Part shown: piece after piece, positions 10,384-20,112 of the stretch
Layout of the letters: the number at the start of each line of letters is the position of its first letter
Position numbering within the stretch: position 1 is the first letter of the stretch
Source of the DNA: an uncultured Candidatus Rokubacteria bacterium
GTDB lineage: Bacteria > Methylomirabilota > Methylomirabilia > Rokubacteriales > CSP1-6
Direction: 5' to 3'
Assembly: GCA_963771355.1 (NCBI GenBank)
Contig: CAVYTA010000006.1
Span: 288,001 to 352,000 of the forward strand
Length of the DNA stretch: 64,000 bases
The notes under the pieces: generated by a model
The model's database searches: none
Seen by the model: the letters and a program-made list of their open reading frames with translations, nothing else
What the model was told of the DNA's origin: nothing
Position numbers and translations under genes: made by a program

Positions 10384-11730
10384 ATGTCGTTTCCCGCGCC
10401 GACCGTGCTGGCCACACCCCAACCCACCGCCGAGCTGGATCGCCTCGGCGACGAGATCGCGGAGCTGTCCGCGCACCTCGACGCCGCCACCGCGCGGCTC
10501 CTCGCGCTCATCCGCGAGTTCGACGCCCGCGGTGGGTGGAACACGGGCTTCCGCTCCTGCGCCGAGTGGCTCGGCTGGCGCGTGGGCCTGGATAAGGGCG
10601 CGGCGCGGGAGTGGGTGCGTGTCGCGCGCGCCCTCGGGACGCTGCCCCGGTTAACTGAGGCCCTGAGCCGCGGGGAACTGTCCTATTCCAAGGTCCGGGC
10701 GCTGACCCGCGTGGCGACCCCGGAGACGGAAGCGCGGCTGCTCGCCGTCGGGCGGGCCGGCACGGCCGAGCATGTCGAGCGCATCGTGCAGGGCTGGCGG
10801 CAAGTGGATCGCCGGGCCGAGGCGCGGAAGGCCGTCCGGCAGCACGAAGGGCGGGGGCTCCAGGTCTATGAGGACGAGGACGGGATGGTGGTGGTGCGGG
10901 GCCGGCTCACGCCCGAGGCCGGGGCGCTCCTGCGGCGCGCGCTGGAAGCCGGACGGGAGGCGCTCTATCAGAAGGCGCGAACGGAACCGGGCACCGGTGC
11001 GGCAGACTCGGAACGGCAGCGGCCGACCATGGCCCAGCAGCAGGCGGACGCGCTGGCGCTGATGGCGGAGTCGGCACTGCACCATGCCCTCGATCCCGGG
11101 GCGCCGGGTGAACGCTACCAGGTGGTCGTTCATGTCGATGCGGCGGTGCTGGCCGATCCGGAGCAGCCGGGCCAGTCCGTCCTCGAGGACGGCGCCCACG
11201 TTCCCGCGGGAACGTCCCGCCGCTTGGCATGTGACGCGAGTCGGATCGTGATGCGGCACGACAAGAGAGGGCGCGTCGTGGAGATCGGGGCGCGAACACG
11301 GACCATTCCACCCGCCCTGCGGCGGGCGCTCCAGCATCGGGACCGGGGCTGCCGCTTCCCGGGCTGCGGGGTTCGGGTTGCCGAGGGCCACCATCTCCAC
11401 CACTGGGCGCAGGGCGGGCCCACGATGCTGTCGAACCTGGCGCTGCTCTGCCGCCGGCATCACCGGGCGGTGCACGAGGAGGGTTATCAGGCGGCGCGCG
11501 GGCCAGATGGGTCGCTCCAGTTCCGGCGGCCGGACGGCCGCCTGCTTCCTGAGGTACCGACAGCGCTTCGACGCGAGGAGGATCCCGTCATCCCCTTGCG
11601 GGCCGTTCACGCGGCGCAGGGACTTCGGCTCGGTCCGCACACGGCCCATCCCGCTTGGGCCGGAGAGCGCCTCGATCTGGGCTGGGCCATCGACGTGCTG
11701 CACCCGAGGGCCAATCCCCTGTCGAAATGA
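10384..11730 (+). CDS. DUF222 domain + C-terminal HNH endonuclease (REP13E12/Rv1128c-like)
   Basis: GELSYSKVRALTR, RRLACDA, RDRGCRFPGC...HHLHHWAQGGPTMLSNLALLCRRHHRAVHE; AAGGAGG RBS before the ATG at 10384. Confidence 0.9.
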   Translation: MSFPAPTVLATPQPTAELDRLGDEIAELSAHLDAATARLLALIREFDARGGWNTGFRSCAEWLGWRVGLDKGAAREWVRVARALGTLPRLTEALSRGELSYSKVRALTRVATPETEARLLAVGRAGTAEHVERIVQGWRQVDRRAEARKAVRQHEGRGLQVYEDEDGMVVVRGRLTPEAGALLRRALEAGREALYQKARTEPGTGAADSERQRPTMAQQQADALALMAESALHHALDPGAPGERYQVVVHVDAAVLADPEQPGQSVLEDGAHVPAGTSRRLACDASRIVMRHDKRGRVVEIGARTRTIPPALRRALQHRDRGCRFPGCGVRVAEGHHLHHWAQGGPTMLSNLALLCRRHHRAVHEEGYQAARGPDGSLQFRRPDGRLLPEVPTALRREEDPVIPLRAVHAAQGLRLGPHTAHPAWAGERLDLGWAIDVLHPRANPLSK

Positions 11731-11818
11731 GTCTTCGGCGCCCGTCTTTGAAGTGAGCGCTCGGCGAGCTTCGGAGCGCTCCGGACGGCGGTAAGATGCC
11801 GGATGTACGGAAGAGCCT

Positions 11819-13457
11819 ATGACCATGGCCGACGCGCTCGATCGGGGCCGGGTGTCCTTTGGCCGGAAGGCCTGGGGAGATGCCTACGCCCAGCTGTCGG
11901 CCGCGGATCACCGAGGGGGCACTTGAGCCCGAGGACCTCGATCGGCTCGCGATCGCCGCTCACCTGGTCGGCCGGGATGCCGAAAGCGCCGACGTCCGGA
12001 CGCGTGCGCATCACGCGTTTCTGAGTCGAGGCGCTGTTCCGGAGGCAGCTCGGTGCGCGTTCTGGCTGGGCTTCACCTTGCTGCTCCAGGGCGAGCCGGC
12101 GCGCAGCGGCGGCTGGCTTGCCCGGGGCCAGCGGCTGCTGGACGACGGCCAGCACGACTGCGTGGAGCGAGGGTATCTGCTCCTGCTCCGCGCGCTCCGG
12201 TGCATGTTCGAGGGCGACGTCGCCACCATCTACGCTAACTTCGACCAGGCGGCCAAGATCGGCGAACGCTTCGGTGATTCGCAGCTGGTGACGTTCGGTC
12301 GCCTCGGCGTCGGTGAGGCTCTGCTCCGATCGGGACAGACCGCGGAGGGCGTGGCGCTGCTCGACGAGGTCATGGTCGCGGTCACGGCCGGCGAGGTGTC
12401 TCCGATCGGTGTCGGGATCGTCTACTGCGCCGTGATCGAGGAATGCCAGGAGATCTTCGACCTACGACGGGTAAGGGAGTGGACGACAGCGCTCAGCCAG
12501 TGGTGCGCGTCGCAGCCGGACCTCGTCCCGTATCGCGGCCAGTGCCTGGTGCACCGCGCCGAGCTCATGCAGCTGCAGGGTGCCTGGCGGGAGGCCATGA
12601 ACGAGGCCCAGCTGGCGTGCGTCCGCCTCTCCCAGACCGTTGGACGACCTTGGGTCGGCGGGGCCCTGTACCTGCAGGCCGAGCTCCACCGGCTGCGCGG
12701 CGAGTTCGTGCGAGCCGAGGAGGCCTACCGCCAGGCCAGCCACTCGGGACGTGAGCCACAGCCCGGCCGGGCGCAGCTACGGCTGGCTCAGGGAAAGGTG
12801 GATGCGGCAGCGACGGCGATCCGCCGCGTGCTGGATGAGGCACACGATCGCGCAACGCGGTCCAGGGTGCTGGCCGCGTACGTCGAGATCATGCTGGCGG
12901 CAAACGATGTGCGGGCGGCACGCGCTGCCGCCGACGAGCTGATGGAGATCGCCGCTGAGCTCGACGCACCGCTGCTGCGTGCGGTGGCCGCGCAGGCCAC
13001 CGGGGCCGCTCTCCTCGCCGAGGGCGATAGCCGAGGGGCGCTCACCGAGCTACGCCACGCATGGGCGGTCTGGCAAGAGATCGAGGCGCCCTACGAAGCC
13101 GCGCGGGTCCGAGTCCTCATCGGGCTCGCCTGCCGGGAGCTCGGGGACACCGACGCTGCGGAGCTGGAGTTCGACGCGGCGCGCTCGGTCTTCCGGCAGC
13201 TCGGCGCCACGCCGGATGTTATCCGGGTGGAGGCGCTGTCCCGCAAGGGAGCCGCCAGAGCAGCGGGCGGGCTGACCGTGCGCGAAGTCGAAGTGCTCCG
13301 ACTCGTGGCGGCCGGCCACACCAACCGGAAGATCGCGACGGCGTTGGTCATCAGCGACCACACGGTGCGCCGACATCTCCAGAACATCTTCGACAAGATC
13401 GGGGTGTCGTCGCGCGCCGCCGCCACCGCATTCGCGTTCCAGCACGACCTGATCTGA
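11819..13457 (+). CDS. Large LuxR-family regulator (TPR-like region + C-terminal HTH), frameshifted by one extra C near 11911
   Basis: [31 protein letters not shown] continues, after removing one base, into [13 protein letters not shown]...; C-terminal [22 protein letters not shown]...[12 protein letters not shown]. Confidence 0.85.
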
Positions 13458-13466
13458 CCCGCCGCG

Positions 13467-13520
13467 TGGTACGAACGGACCATACTCCCCGTGCGCCGAA
13501 GTTTGGTACGAGCGGGCGAT
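13467..13520. promoter_or_regulatory. Pair of 17-bp direct repeats, candidate operator for the upstream LuxR regulator
   Basis: TGGTACGAACGGACCAT (13467-13483) and TGGTACGAGCGGGCGAT (13504-13520), 14/17 identical; the first contains a TGGT-N8-ACCA dyad. Confidence 0.55.
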
Positions 13521-13592
13521 GAAAGTGCCCCCGATGTCCGCTTACATTGCCTCCTGGAGGGAACCACGAATTACCCCGAAAGGAGACGTACG

Positions 13593-14756
13593 ATGGCTAC
13601 TTCTGTTGATTCGACGCCGATGCGGGCGACGGCAGTTCTCGATGCCGCACGTGACCTGGCACCGAAGATCGCGGCGCGGGCCGCACAGATCGAAGCGGCG
13701 AGGCGGGTGCCCCTCGATCTGATCGAGGACCTGACCGCGGCGGGATGCTTCCGCATGCTGCTGCCCCGCAGCCACGGTGGCGGGGGCGTCGATCTGGTGG
13801 GCGCGATGAGGGTGTGCGAGGAGCTGGGCCGGGCCGACGCGTCGGTTGGCTGGACGGTGATGATCGGGGCCAGCGGGTGGATCGATCTTGGGGGGCTTCC
13901 CCGGGCCTCGTTCGACGCGCTGTACGCCGACGGCCCCGACGTGATCATGGCCGGCGCCTTCAATCCGACCGGGACAGCCGAGTCCGTGCCCGGGGGGTAC
14001 CGGGTGAGCGGTCGGTGGGCGTTCGCCAGCGGCTGTCAGCACTGCCACTGGCTGTACGGCAACTGCATCGAGAGTAGTGGCGGCGCCTCTCAGCTGCGCA
14101 CCGTGGTGTTCTCGCCCGCCCAGATCCAGATCGAGGACACCTGGTCCGTGTCGGGCTTGTGCGGCACCGGAAGCCACCACTTCGTTGCCGACAACGTGTT
14201 CGTCAAGGCCGAACACACGTGTCTGACTCTCTCGGACGGACCGTGCCTGGACGAACCGCTGCTGCGGATCCCGCCGCCGCCGGTGTTGGCCTTCCAGATC
14301 GCCAGCATCGCAATCGGCATCGCGCAGGGGGCTCTGGACGACATCCTCGCTCTCTCCGCCGCCAAGGTGCCATTGCTCTCTCGCAGCCCGCTGACCGCGA
14401 ATCCACTATTCCAGCACCAGCTCGGGGCGGTAGACGCGAAGCTGCGAGGAGCCCGCGCCCTGTTGTACGCCGACGCCGCATCGGCGTGGGCGACCGCGGT
14501 GGCCGGCGCGCCTTTCACACCCGCCCAGCGGGCCCGGATGCGTTCGGCGGCCACGTTGGTTGCCGCGACCGCGGCGTCAGTCGTCGACGCTGCCTACGGC
14601 GCGGGGGGTGGGACCTCGCTCTACTCCGACAACCCGCTCCAGCGCCGCTTCCGTGACATTCACGCCTTGACCCAACATTTTCTGGTCAAGCCCGATACGT
14701 TCACCACGGCTGGTGCCGTGCTCGCGGGCGCGGAAGTCGACCTGACCGTGTTCTGA
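13593..14756 (+). CDS. Acyl-CoA dehydrogenase-fold flavin-dependent monooxygenase (HsaA/C2-like)
   Basis: AGCFRMLLPRSHGG, GRWAFASGC, GLCGTGSH, LQRRFRDIH; AAGGAG RBS. Confidence 0.85.
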   Translation: MATSVDSTPMRATAVLDAARDLAPKIAARAAQIEAARRVPLDLIEDLTAAGCFRMLLPRSHGGGGVDLVGAMRVCEELGRADASVGWTVMIGASGWIDLGGLPRASFDALYADGPDVIMAGAFNPTGTAESVPGGYRVSGRWAFASGCQHCHWLYGNCIESSGGASQLRTVVFSPAQIQIEDTWSVSGLCGTGSHHFVADNVFVKAEHTCLTLSDGPCLDEPLLRIPPPPVLAFQIASIAIGIAQGALDDILALSAAKVPLLSRSPLTANPLFQHQLGAVDAKLRGARALLYADAASAWATAVAGAPFTPAQRARMRSAATLVAATAASVVDAAYGAGGGTSLYSDNPLQRRFRDIHALTQHFLVKPDTFTTAGAVLAGAEVDLTVF

Positions 14757-14759
14757 AGG

Positions 14760-16326
14760 CTACTTGTCTAGCCACACGTTGTAGAAGCGTGGGAAGGCCA
14801 TCTTCTCGTTGTAGCCCTTGACGGAGGCCTGCATCGCGCGGAGCCCGAACAGGTCGCCATAGCGGATCACGGGGACCCGCTCGTAGAACGTCCGGTGGAC
14901 CTCCTCCCAGAGAGCCTTGCGCTTCGCCGGGTCTGGCTCCTTCCGGATCGCGTCCATGCGGCTGGTGATGGCCTCGTCGCAGGTCCAGCCCGGCCAGTCG
15001 CAGCGGAGGTAGGGGTGCTGGGTCGGGTCCGGCACCAGCGACATGCCCGTGGTGAAGATGTCGTACATCTTCTCGTTGTTCCGCCGCTGGACGAGGGTCG
15101 CCCAGTCCACCACCTGGAGATCGATGGTCATGCCGACATCTTCGAGCTGCTGCTTGGTCACCAGCGCGATGTTGTACATCCACTCGTACTCCTTGGTCGT
15201 CATGAAGCGGACGGGCTCTCCCTTGTACCCGGCCTCTTGCAGGAGCTTCTTGGCCTTGTCCTTGTTCCTCTGGTTGTAGCCGTCGCCGCCGGTCTTCGAG
15301 TGCCAGGCCGTCTGCTCCGTGAAGGCCAGCCCCGAGTCGAGCCGGTAGAAGAGCGGGTTCCCCACCGCGGCGCGCATGATCGGCTCGATGTCGATGGCCG
15401 CCTGCACCGCCTGGCGGAGCTTCACGTTGGTCATGAGGCCTTCCTTCTTGTTGAAGACCCCCATGCCCCAGGCGTACGGCCGCACGATGAGGGGCCGGAC
15501 CTTCGGGTTGTCCTTGAGACGATCGTAGGCCACGGCCTGGAGGTCATCGGCGAAGTCCACCTCTCCCGACTCGAGGCTGGCGACCCGCGTGGCCACTTCC
15601 GGCATCGGGATCCACCGGATCTCGTCGACGTAGGCGACCTTCCGCCCGCCGTAGCCGTTTGCCGCCTCGGTCCGCGGCTTGTAGTCGTCGTAGCGCACCA
15701 TCCGGATGTGGACGTCCGGCTTCCACTCGACGAACTTGAAGGGCCCGGTGCCGATGTACTCGGTGGCCTTGGCCGGCGTCGGATATTTCTCGACGATCTC
15801 CTTCGGATACACGGCGGCGAAGTTGTTGGCGTTGGCCAGGGAGATCAGGACGATGCCCGACTTCTCCTTGAGCTTGATCTCCACCGTGGACCTGTCGACG
15901 GCCCGCACGCCCTCCACCGAGGCCCACATGGCCTTGGCCTGCACGGCGTAGCCGCCCCACCGCTTCAGCGAGGCGACCACGTCCTCGCTGGTCATCTCCT
16001 TTCCGTTGTGGAACCGGATGCCCTGGCGCAGCTTGATCGTGTAGGTGAGCCCGTCGGCGCTCACTGCGGGGAGCGCCTCGGCCAGGACGGGAATCGGCTG
16101 GTAGTTCTGGTCCAGCGTGTAGAGGCTCTCGTAGATGTGCTGGGTGATGACCTCGACGAAGTTCGCCGTTGTCCAGTGGGCGTCGAGCGTGGGCGGGTCC
16201 CCGAGCACGGCGACCTTCAGCACCCCTCCCTTCTTGGGCGTCTGCGCCCGCGCCTCGAGCGCCGGTCAGGACCACCAAGCCGGCGACCAGCAGCAGTGTC
16301 AAACCAGATCGCAATCCGCGGCTCAT
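14760..16326 (-). CDS. ABC family-5 (peptide/nickel) substrate-binding protein, frameshifted just after the signal peptide near 16262
   Basis: Signal peptide MSRGLRSGLTLLLVAGLVVLT (AAGGAGG RBS) joins ALEARAQTPKKGGVLKVAV if one base is removed; SBP_bac_5 motifs YTIKLRQGIRFHNG and IGTGPFKF. Confidence 0.85.
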
Positions 16327-16450
16327 GGCTAACCTCCTTCGGGATCAGGCGTTGTGCGAAGCCTGGCCCCATACGACCCTTCGGCTGAACGGCATGCTAT
16401 GCGAGACACACCGTCGCCGTCAATGCCGCTACCAGCTCGTCCGGCACCGA

Positions 16451-17644
16451 TCACCGCCGCCGCCGTCGCTCGACGAGCACGAGCGCGCCCACGGCGAGGA
16501 CGCCCAGGGTGCCGCCAATGGCGCACGCCGCCCGCACGCCGAGGTGCTCCGCGAGCGTCCCCACCAGCAGCGACCCGAACGGTGTCACGCCCGCGAAGGC
16601 CATCGCGTAGAGGCCCATGACGCGGCCGCGCAGGGCCTGCGGCGTGATGAGCTGCAGCGTGATGTTGCAGCTGGTCGAGAAGTAGATCTGGAGGCCACCG
16701 AGCACGGCGAGTACGGCCATCGCGACGCCGAAGTGGGTGACCAGGCCCAGTGTCGCGACGCCCGCGCAGAGGACGACGGCCGAGCCGGCCAGGAAGGCCA
16801 GCGGCGGGCGGTCGCTGCGTAGCAGGGCGAGGGCGCCCGCCCCGACGACGGCGCCCGCGCCCAGCGCCGACATCAGGAGCCCGAAGCCTTGCGCGCCCTG
16901 ATGCAGCACGTCGCGCGCGATGAGGGGCACCACCACGTTGAAGTTGAGGCCGAGCAGGCTCACGACGACGAGCAGGGTGAGGACGAAGCCCACGGGCGGG
17001 GTGCTCGCCGCATAGTTAACGGCGCCGATGAGCCCCTGGCGGATGCCGAGCTGGCCGGCGGGATCGGGACGGCCTTCGGTGCGCATGGCCAGGAGCGCGG
17101 CCAGTACGGCGACGAAGCTCGCCGCGTTGAGGAAGAAGGCCATGGCCACGTCGTAGCGCGCGATCAGGAGGCCGGCGACGCCCGGCCCGACGATGCGGGC
17201 GCCGTTGAAGACCACGGAGTTGAGCGCTACCGCATTGGGTAGGTCCGGCCGGCCCACGAGATCGGTGATGAAGGCCTGGCGGGCGGGAATGTCCACGGCG
17301 CGCCCCAGCCCGTAGATCGCGGCGAGCAGCGCCACATGCCAGTACTGGACGTGGCCGCTCCGGACGAGCAGCGCGAGCACGAGCGCCTGCACCATCATGG
17401 CGGCCTGGGTCACGAGGAGGATTTGCCGCTTGCCGAGGCGGTCGCTGAGCGCGCCCCCGACCGGCGAGAGGAGCAGGATGGGCGTGAACTGCAGCGCGTT
17501 CACGATCCCGAGCTGGAGCGGCGACCCCGTCAGCTCCAGCACCAGCCACGACTGTCCGACGCTCTGCATCCAGGTGCCGATGAGGGAGACGAGTTGCCCG
17601 CCCCAGAAGAGGCGGAAGTCGCGATGCCGGAAGGCGCCGAGCAT
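16451..17644 (-). CDS. MFS transporter
   Basis: FRHRDFRLFWGGQLVSLIGTWMQ, GALSDRLGKR, LRGRVMG; about 12 hydrophobic segments. Confidence 0.9.
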   Translation of the reverse strand: MLGAFRHRDFRLFWGGQLVSLIGTWMQSVGQSWLVLELTGSPLQLGIVNALQFTPILLLSPVGGALSDRLGKRQILLVTQAAMMVQALVLALLVRSGHVQYWHVALLAAIYGLGRAVDIPARQAFITDLVGRPDLPNAVALNSVVFNGARIVGPGVAGLLIARYDVAMAFFLNAASFVAVLAALLAMRTEGRPDPAGQLGIRQGLIGAVNYAASTPPVGFVLTLLVVVSLLGLNFNVVVPLIARDVLHQGAQGFGLLMSALGAGAVVGAGALALLRSDRPPLAFLAGSAVVLCAGVATLGLVTHFGVAMAVLAVLGGLQIYFSTSCNITLQLITPQALRGRVMGLYAMAFAGVTPFGSLLVGTLAEHLGVRAACAIGGTLGVLAVGALVLVERRRRR

Positions 17645-17680
17645 ACCCCCCGAATCTACACGGCGAGGCGGGGGTGCTGG

Positions 17681-17709
17681 TTGACGTTGGTGGGCATGCC
17701 ACCTATACT
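17681..17709 (+). promoter_or_regulatory. sigma70 promoter of the TRAP-SBP/kinase/cyclase operon, with a dyad in the spacer
   Basis: TTGACG-17 nt-TATACT; the spacer contains GGTGG-GCATG-CCACC. Confidence 0.7.
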
Positions 17710-17896
17710 CGCGGAACAGACCGATAAGTCAGAGGTGCCGAGATAGCGACGCGGCGTTATCGGACCGGTCACTGCAATTGAAGCAACGAAGCCGGCGCGA
17801 GTCTGCGCCGATTTCCTCCGCTCAGCTCCCTCCCAGCCCGCTGTTCGGTCCAAGCCTAACCGCATCGCACCTCGTAGCCCAAGCGAAGGGGCCCGC

Positions 17897-18994
17897 ATGA
17901 CCACCGAGCGGCGCAGGTTCATCGTGAAGGCGGGCGGCATCATGGCGGCCACTGCAGCTGCCGCCATCGCCGATGCTCCCCACGTCATCGCGCAGCCGAA
18001 GGTCCAGTGGCGCATGTCCACGACCTGGACCCCGGCCCTCGACATGCTTCAGGGCTCGGCCCAGCGGCTGGCGAACGTCGTCGAGGAGATGAGCGGCGGG
18101 CGTTTCCGGATCGAGGTCTTCCCGGGCGGCCAGATCATGCCGCCGCTCGACTGCTTCGAGGCCGCCTCGCGAGGCACCATCGAGGCATTTCATGGGGCGC
18201 CGTACTACTGGCCCGAGAGGGAGCCCGCGGTCCAGTGGTTCTCGACCGTACCGTTTGGCATGGACCCCGCGGGCATGACCGCCTGGTACTACCAGGGGGA
18301 TGGGCTCCGGCTCTGGGAAGAAGCATACGCCGCTTTCAACCTGATGCCGCGCCCCGGGCCGGGGGTTGCCCCGCAGATGGCCGGATGGTTCCGGAGAAAG
18401 ATCAACACGATCGGCGACTACAAGGGGCTCAAGATGCGCATTCCCGGCCTGGGCGGCAAGGTCGTCGCCAAGGCGGGCGCCACGGTGGTCCTCATCCCGA
18501 GCAGCGAGATCTACGCCGCCCTCGAGCGGGGCGTGATCGACGCCTGCGAATGGATCGGCCCGCATGACGACATGAAGCTGGGCCTCCACAGGACCGCCCG
18601 CTACTACTATTACCCTGGCTGGCACGAGCCCGGCACCGTAACCGGATTCGGTTTCAACAAGAAGGCATACGACGCACTTCCCGTCGATCTACGCCGGACG
18701 CTCGACCACGCCGCCGAGGTCGTTCAGATCTACGGCCTCACGGATTACCACGTGAAGAACGCGATCGCGCTGGGGCGACTCAAGGTGGAGTTCAAGGACA
18801 AGGTCGAGGTTGTCCAGTTTCCGGTGCCGGTGCTGCGTGAGCTCAAAAGGCTGGCGACGGAGGCCGTCAGAGAAGAATCCGAGAAGACCCCCATGGCCAG
18901 GAAGGTGCACGCGTCCTACACGAAGTTCCAGGCCATGCTGGGCCCCTGGGACCACGTCGCCGAAGGCGCCTACCATCAGCTCGTCGCGGTGTGA
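17897..18994 (+). CDS. dctP: TRAP substrate-binding protein (DctP, TakP-like), Tat-exported, copy 1
   Basis: Tat motif ERRRFI; SGGRFRIEVFPGG, GLKMRIPG, LERGVIDACEW, YYYPGWHEPG. Confidence 0.9.
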   Translation: MTTERRRFIVKAGGIMAATAAAAIADAPHVIAQPKVQWRMSTTWTPALDMLQGSAQRLANVVEEMSGGRFRIEVFPGGQIMPPLDCFEAASRGTIEAFHGAPYYWPEREPAVQWFSTVPFGMDPAGMTAWYYQGDGLRLWEEAYAAFNLMPRPGPGVAPQMAGWFRRKINTIGDYKGLKMRIPGLGGKVVAKAGATVVLIPSSEIYAALERGVIDACEWIGPHDDMKLGLHRTARYYYYPGWHEPGTVTGFGFNKKAYDALPVDLRRTLDHAAEVVQIYGLTDYHVKNAIALGRLKVEFKDKVEVVQFPVPVLRELKRLATEAVREESEKTPMARKVHASYTKFQAMLGPWDHVAEGAYHQLVAV

Positions 18995-19006
18995 GGAGGT
19001 AGCCTG

Positions 19007-20104
19007 ATGAGCGAGCGACGCACGTTCATCGCGAGGGCAGGCGGGGTGGTGATGGCGGCGGCCGCCTCGGCGATCGTCGATGCCCCCAATGTCATCGCCC
19101 AGCCGAAGGTCCAGTGGCGAATGTCCACGGCCTTCACCGCGGTGTTTGACATACACCACGGTGCGGCCCAGCGACTGGCGAAGGTCGTGGAGGAGATGAG
19201 CGGCGGGCGCTTCCGGATCGAGGTCTTCCCGGGCGGCCAGATCATGCAGCCGTTCGATTGCTTCAACGCCGCCTCCGAGGGCAAGATCCAAGCGTTCATC
19301 GGTTCGGGCCAGTACTGGGCTGACAGAGAGCCTGCGATCGAGTGGTTCTGTACAGTCCCATTCGGCATGAACCCCGAGGGCATGGCCGCCTGGCACTATC
19401 AGGGCGACGGGCTCAAACTCATGGAGGAGACGTATGCCACCTTCAACCTCGTGCCGCGCCCCGGCCCGGGGGTGGCCCCGCAAATGGCCGGATGGTTCCG
19501 GAAGAAGATGAACACGATCGGCGACTACAAGGGGCTCAAGATGCGCATGGGCGCGCCCCTCGGCAACAAGGTCATCGCCAGGGCGGGCGCAACGGCGGTT
19601 CTCCTTCCGGGCAGCGAGATCTACGCCGCCCTCGAGCGGGGGGTGATCGACGCCAGCGAATGGGTTGGGCCGCACGACGACCTGAAGCTCGGGCTCCACA
19701 ACACCGCGCGGTACTACTACTATCCCGGCTGGCACGAGCCTGGCGCCACGCTCGACTTTGGCTTCAACAAGAAGGCATACGAGGCACTCCCGGTCGACCT
19801 GCAGCGGACCCTCGATCATGCCGCCGCCGCAGTCCAAGTCTATAGTCTCAGCGAGTTTCACGCGAAGAACGCGATCGCGCTGGGACGGCTCAAGACGGAG
19901 CTCAAGGCCAAAGTCGAGGTGGTCCAGCTCCCGGTGCCGGTGCTGCGCGATCTCAAGAAGCTGGCGGCCGAGGTCGTGAGAGAAGCATCCGAGAAGACTC
20001 CCATGGCCCGGAAGGTGCACGCCTCCTTCACGAAGTACCAGGCGCTGGTGGGCCCCTGGGACCACGTCGCCGAAGGCGCCTACCACCAGTTCGTCGCGGG
20101 TTGA
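19007..20104 (+). CDS. dctP: TRAP substrate-binding protein (DctP, TakP-like), Tat-exported, copy 2
   Basis: Tandem paralog of copy 1; ERRTFI Tat motif; GGAGG RBS. Confidence 0.9.
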   Translation: MSERRTFIARAGGVVMAAAASAIVDAPNVIAQPKVQWRMSTAFTAVFDIHHGAAQRLAKVVEEMSGGRFRIEVFPGGQIMQPFDCFNAASEGKIQAFIGSGQYWADREPAIEWFCTVPFGMNPEGMAAWHYQGDGLKLMEETYATFNLVPRPGPGVAPQMAGWFRKKMNTIGDYKGLKMRMGAPLGNKVIARAGATAVLLPGSEIYAALERGVIDASEWVGPHDDLKLGLHNTARYYYYPGWHEPGATLDFGFNKKAYEALPVDLQRTLDHAAAAVQVYSLSEFHAKNAIALGRLKTELKAKVEVVQLPVPVLRDLKKLAAEVVREASEKTPMARKVHASFTKYQALVGPWDHVAEGAYHQFVAG

Positions 20105-20112
20105 GGGGAGTG

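Noticed and set aside
9420..11730. Uma2 + HNH as a joint defence or restriction system
   Set aside because: The genes are divergent, both families are commonly scattered multicopy genes, and no methylase or other defence gene is nearby.
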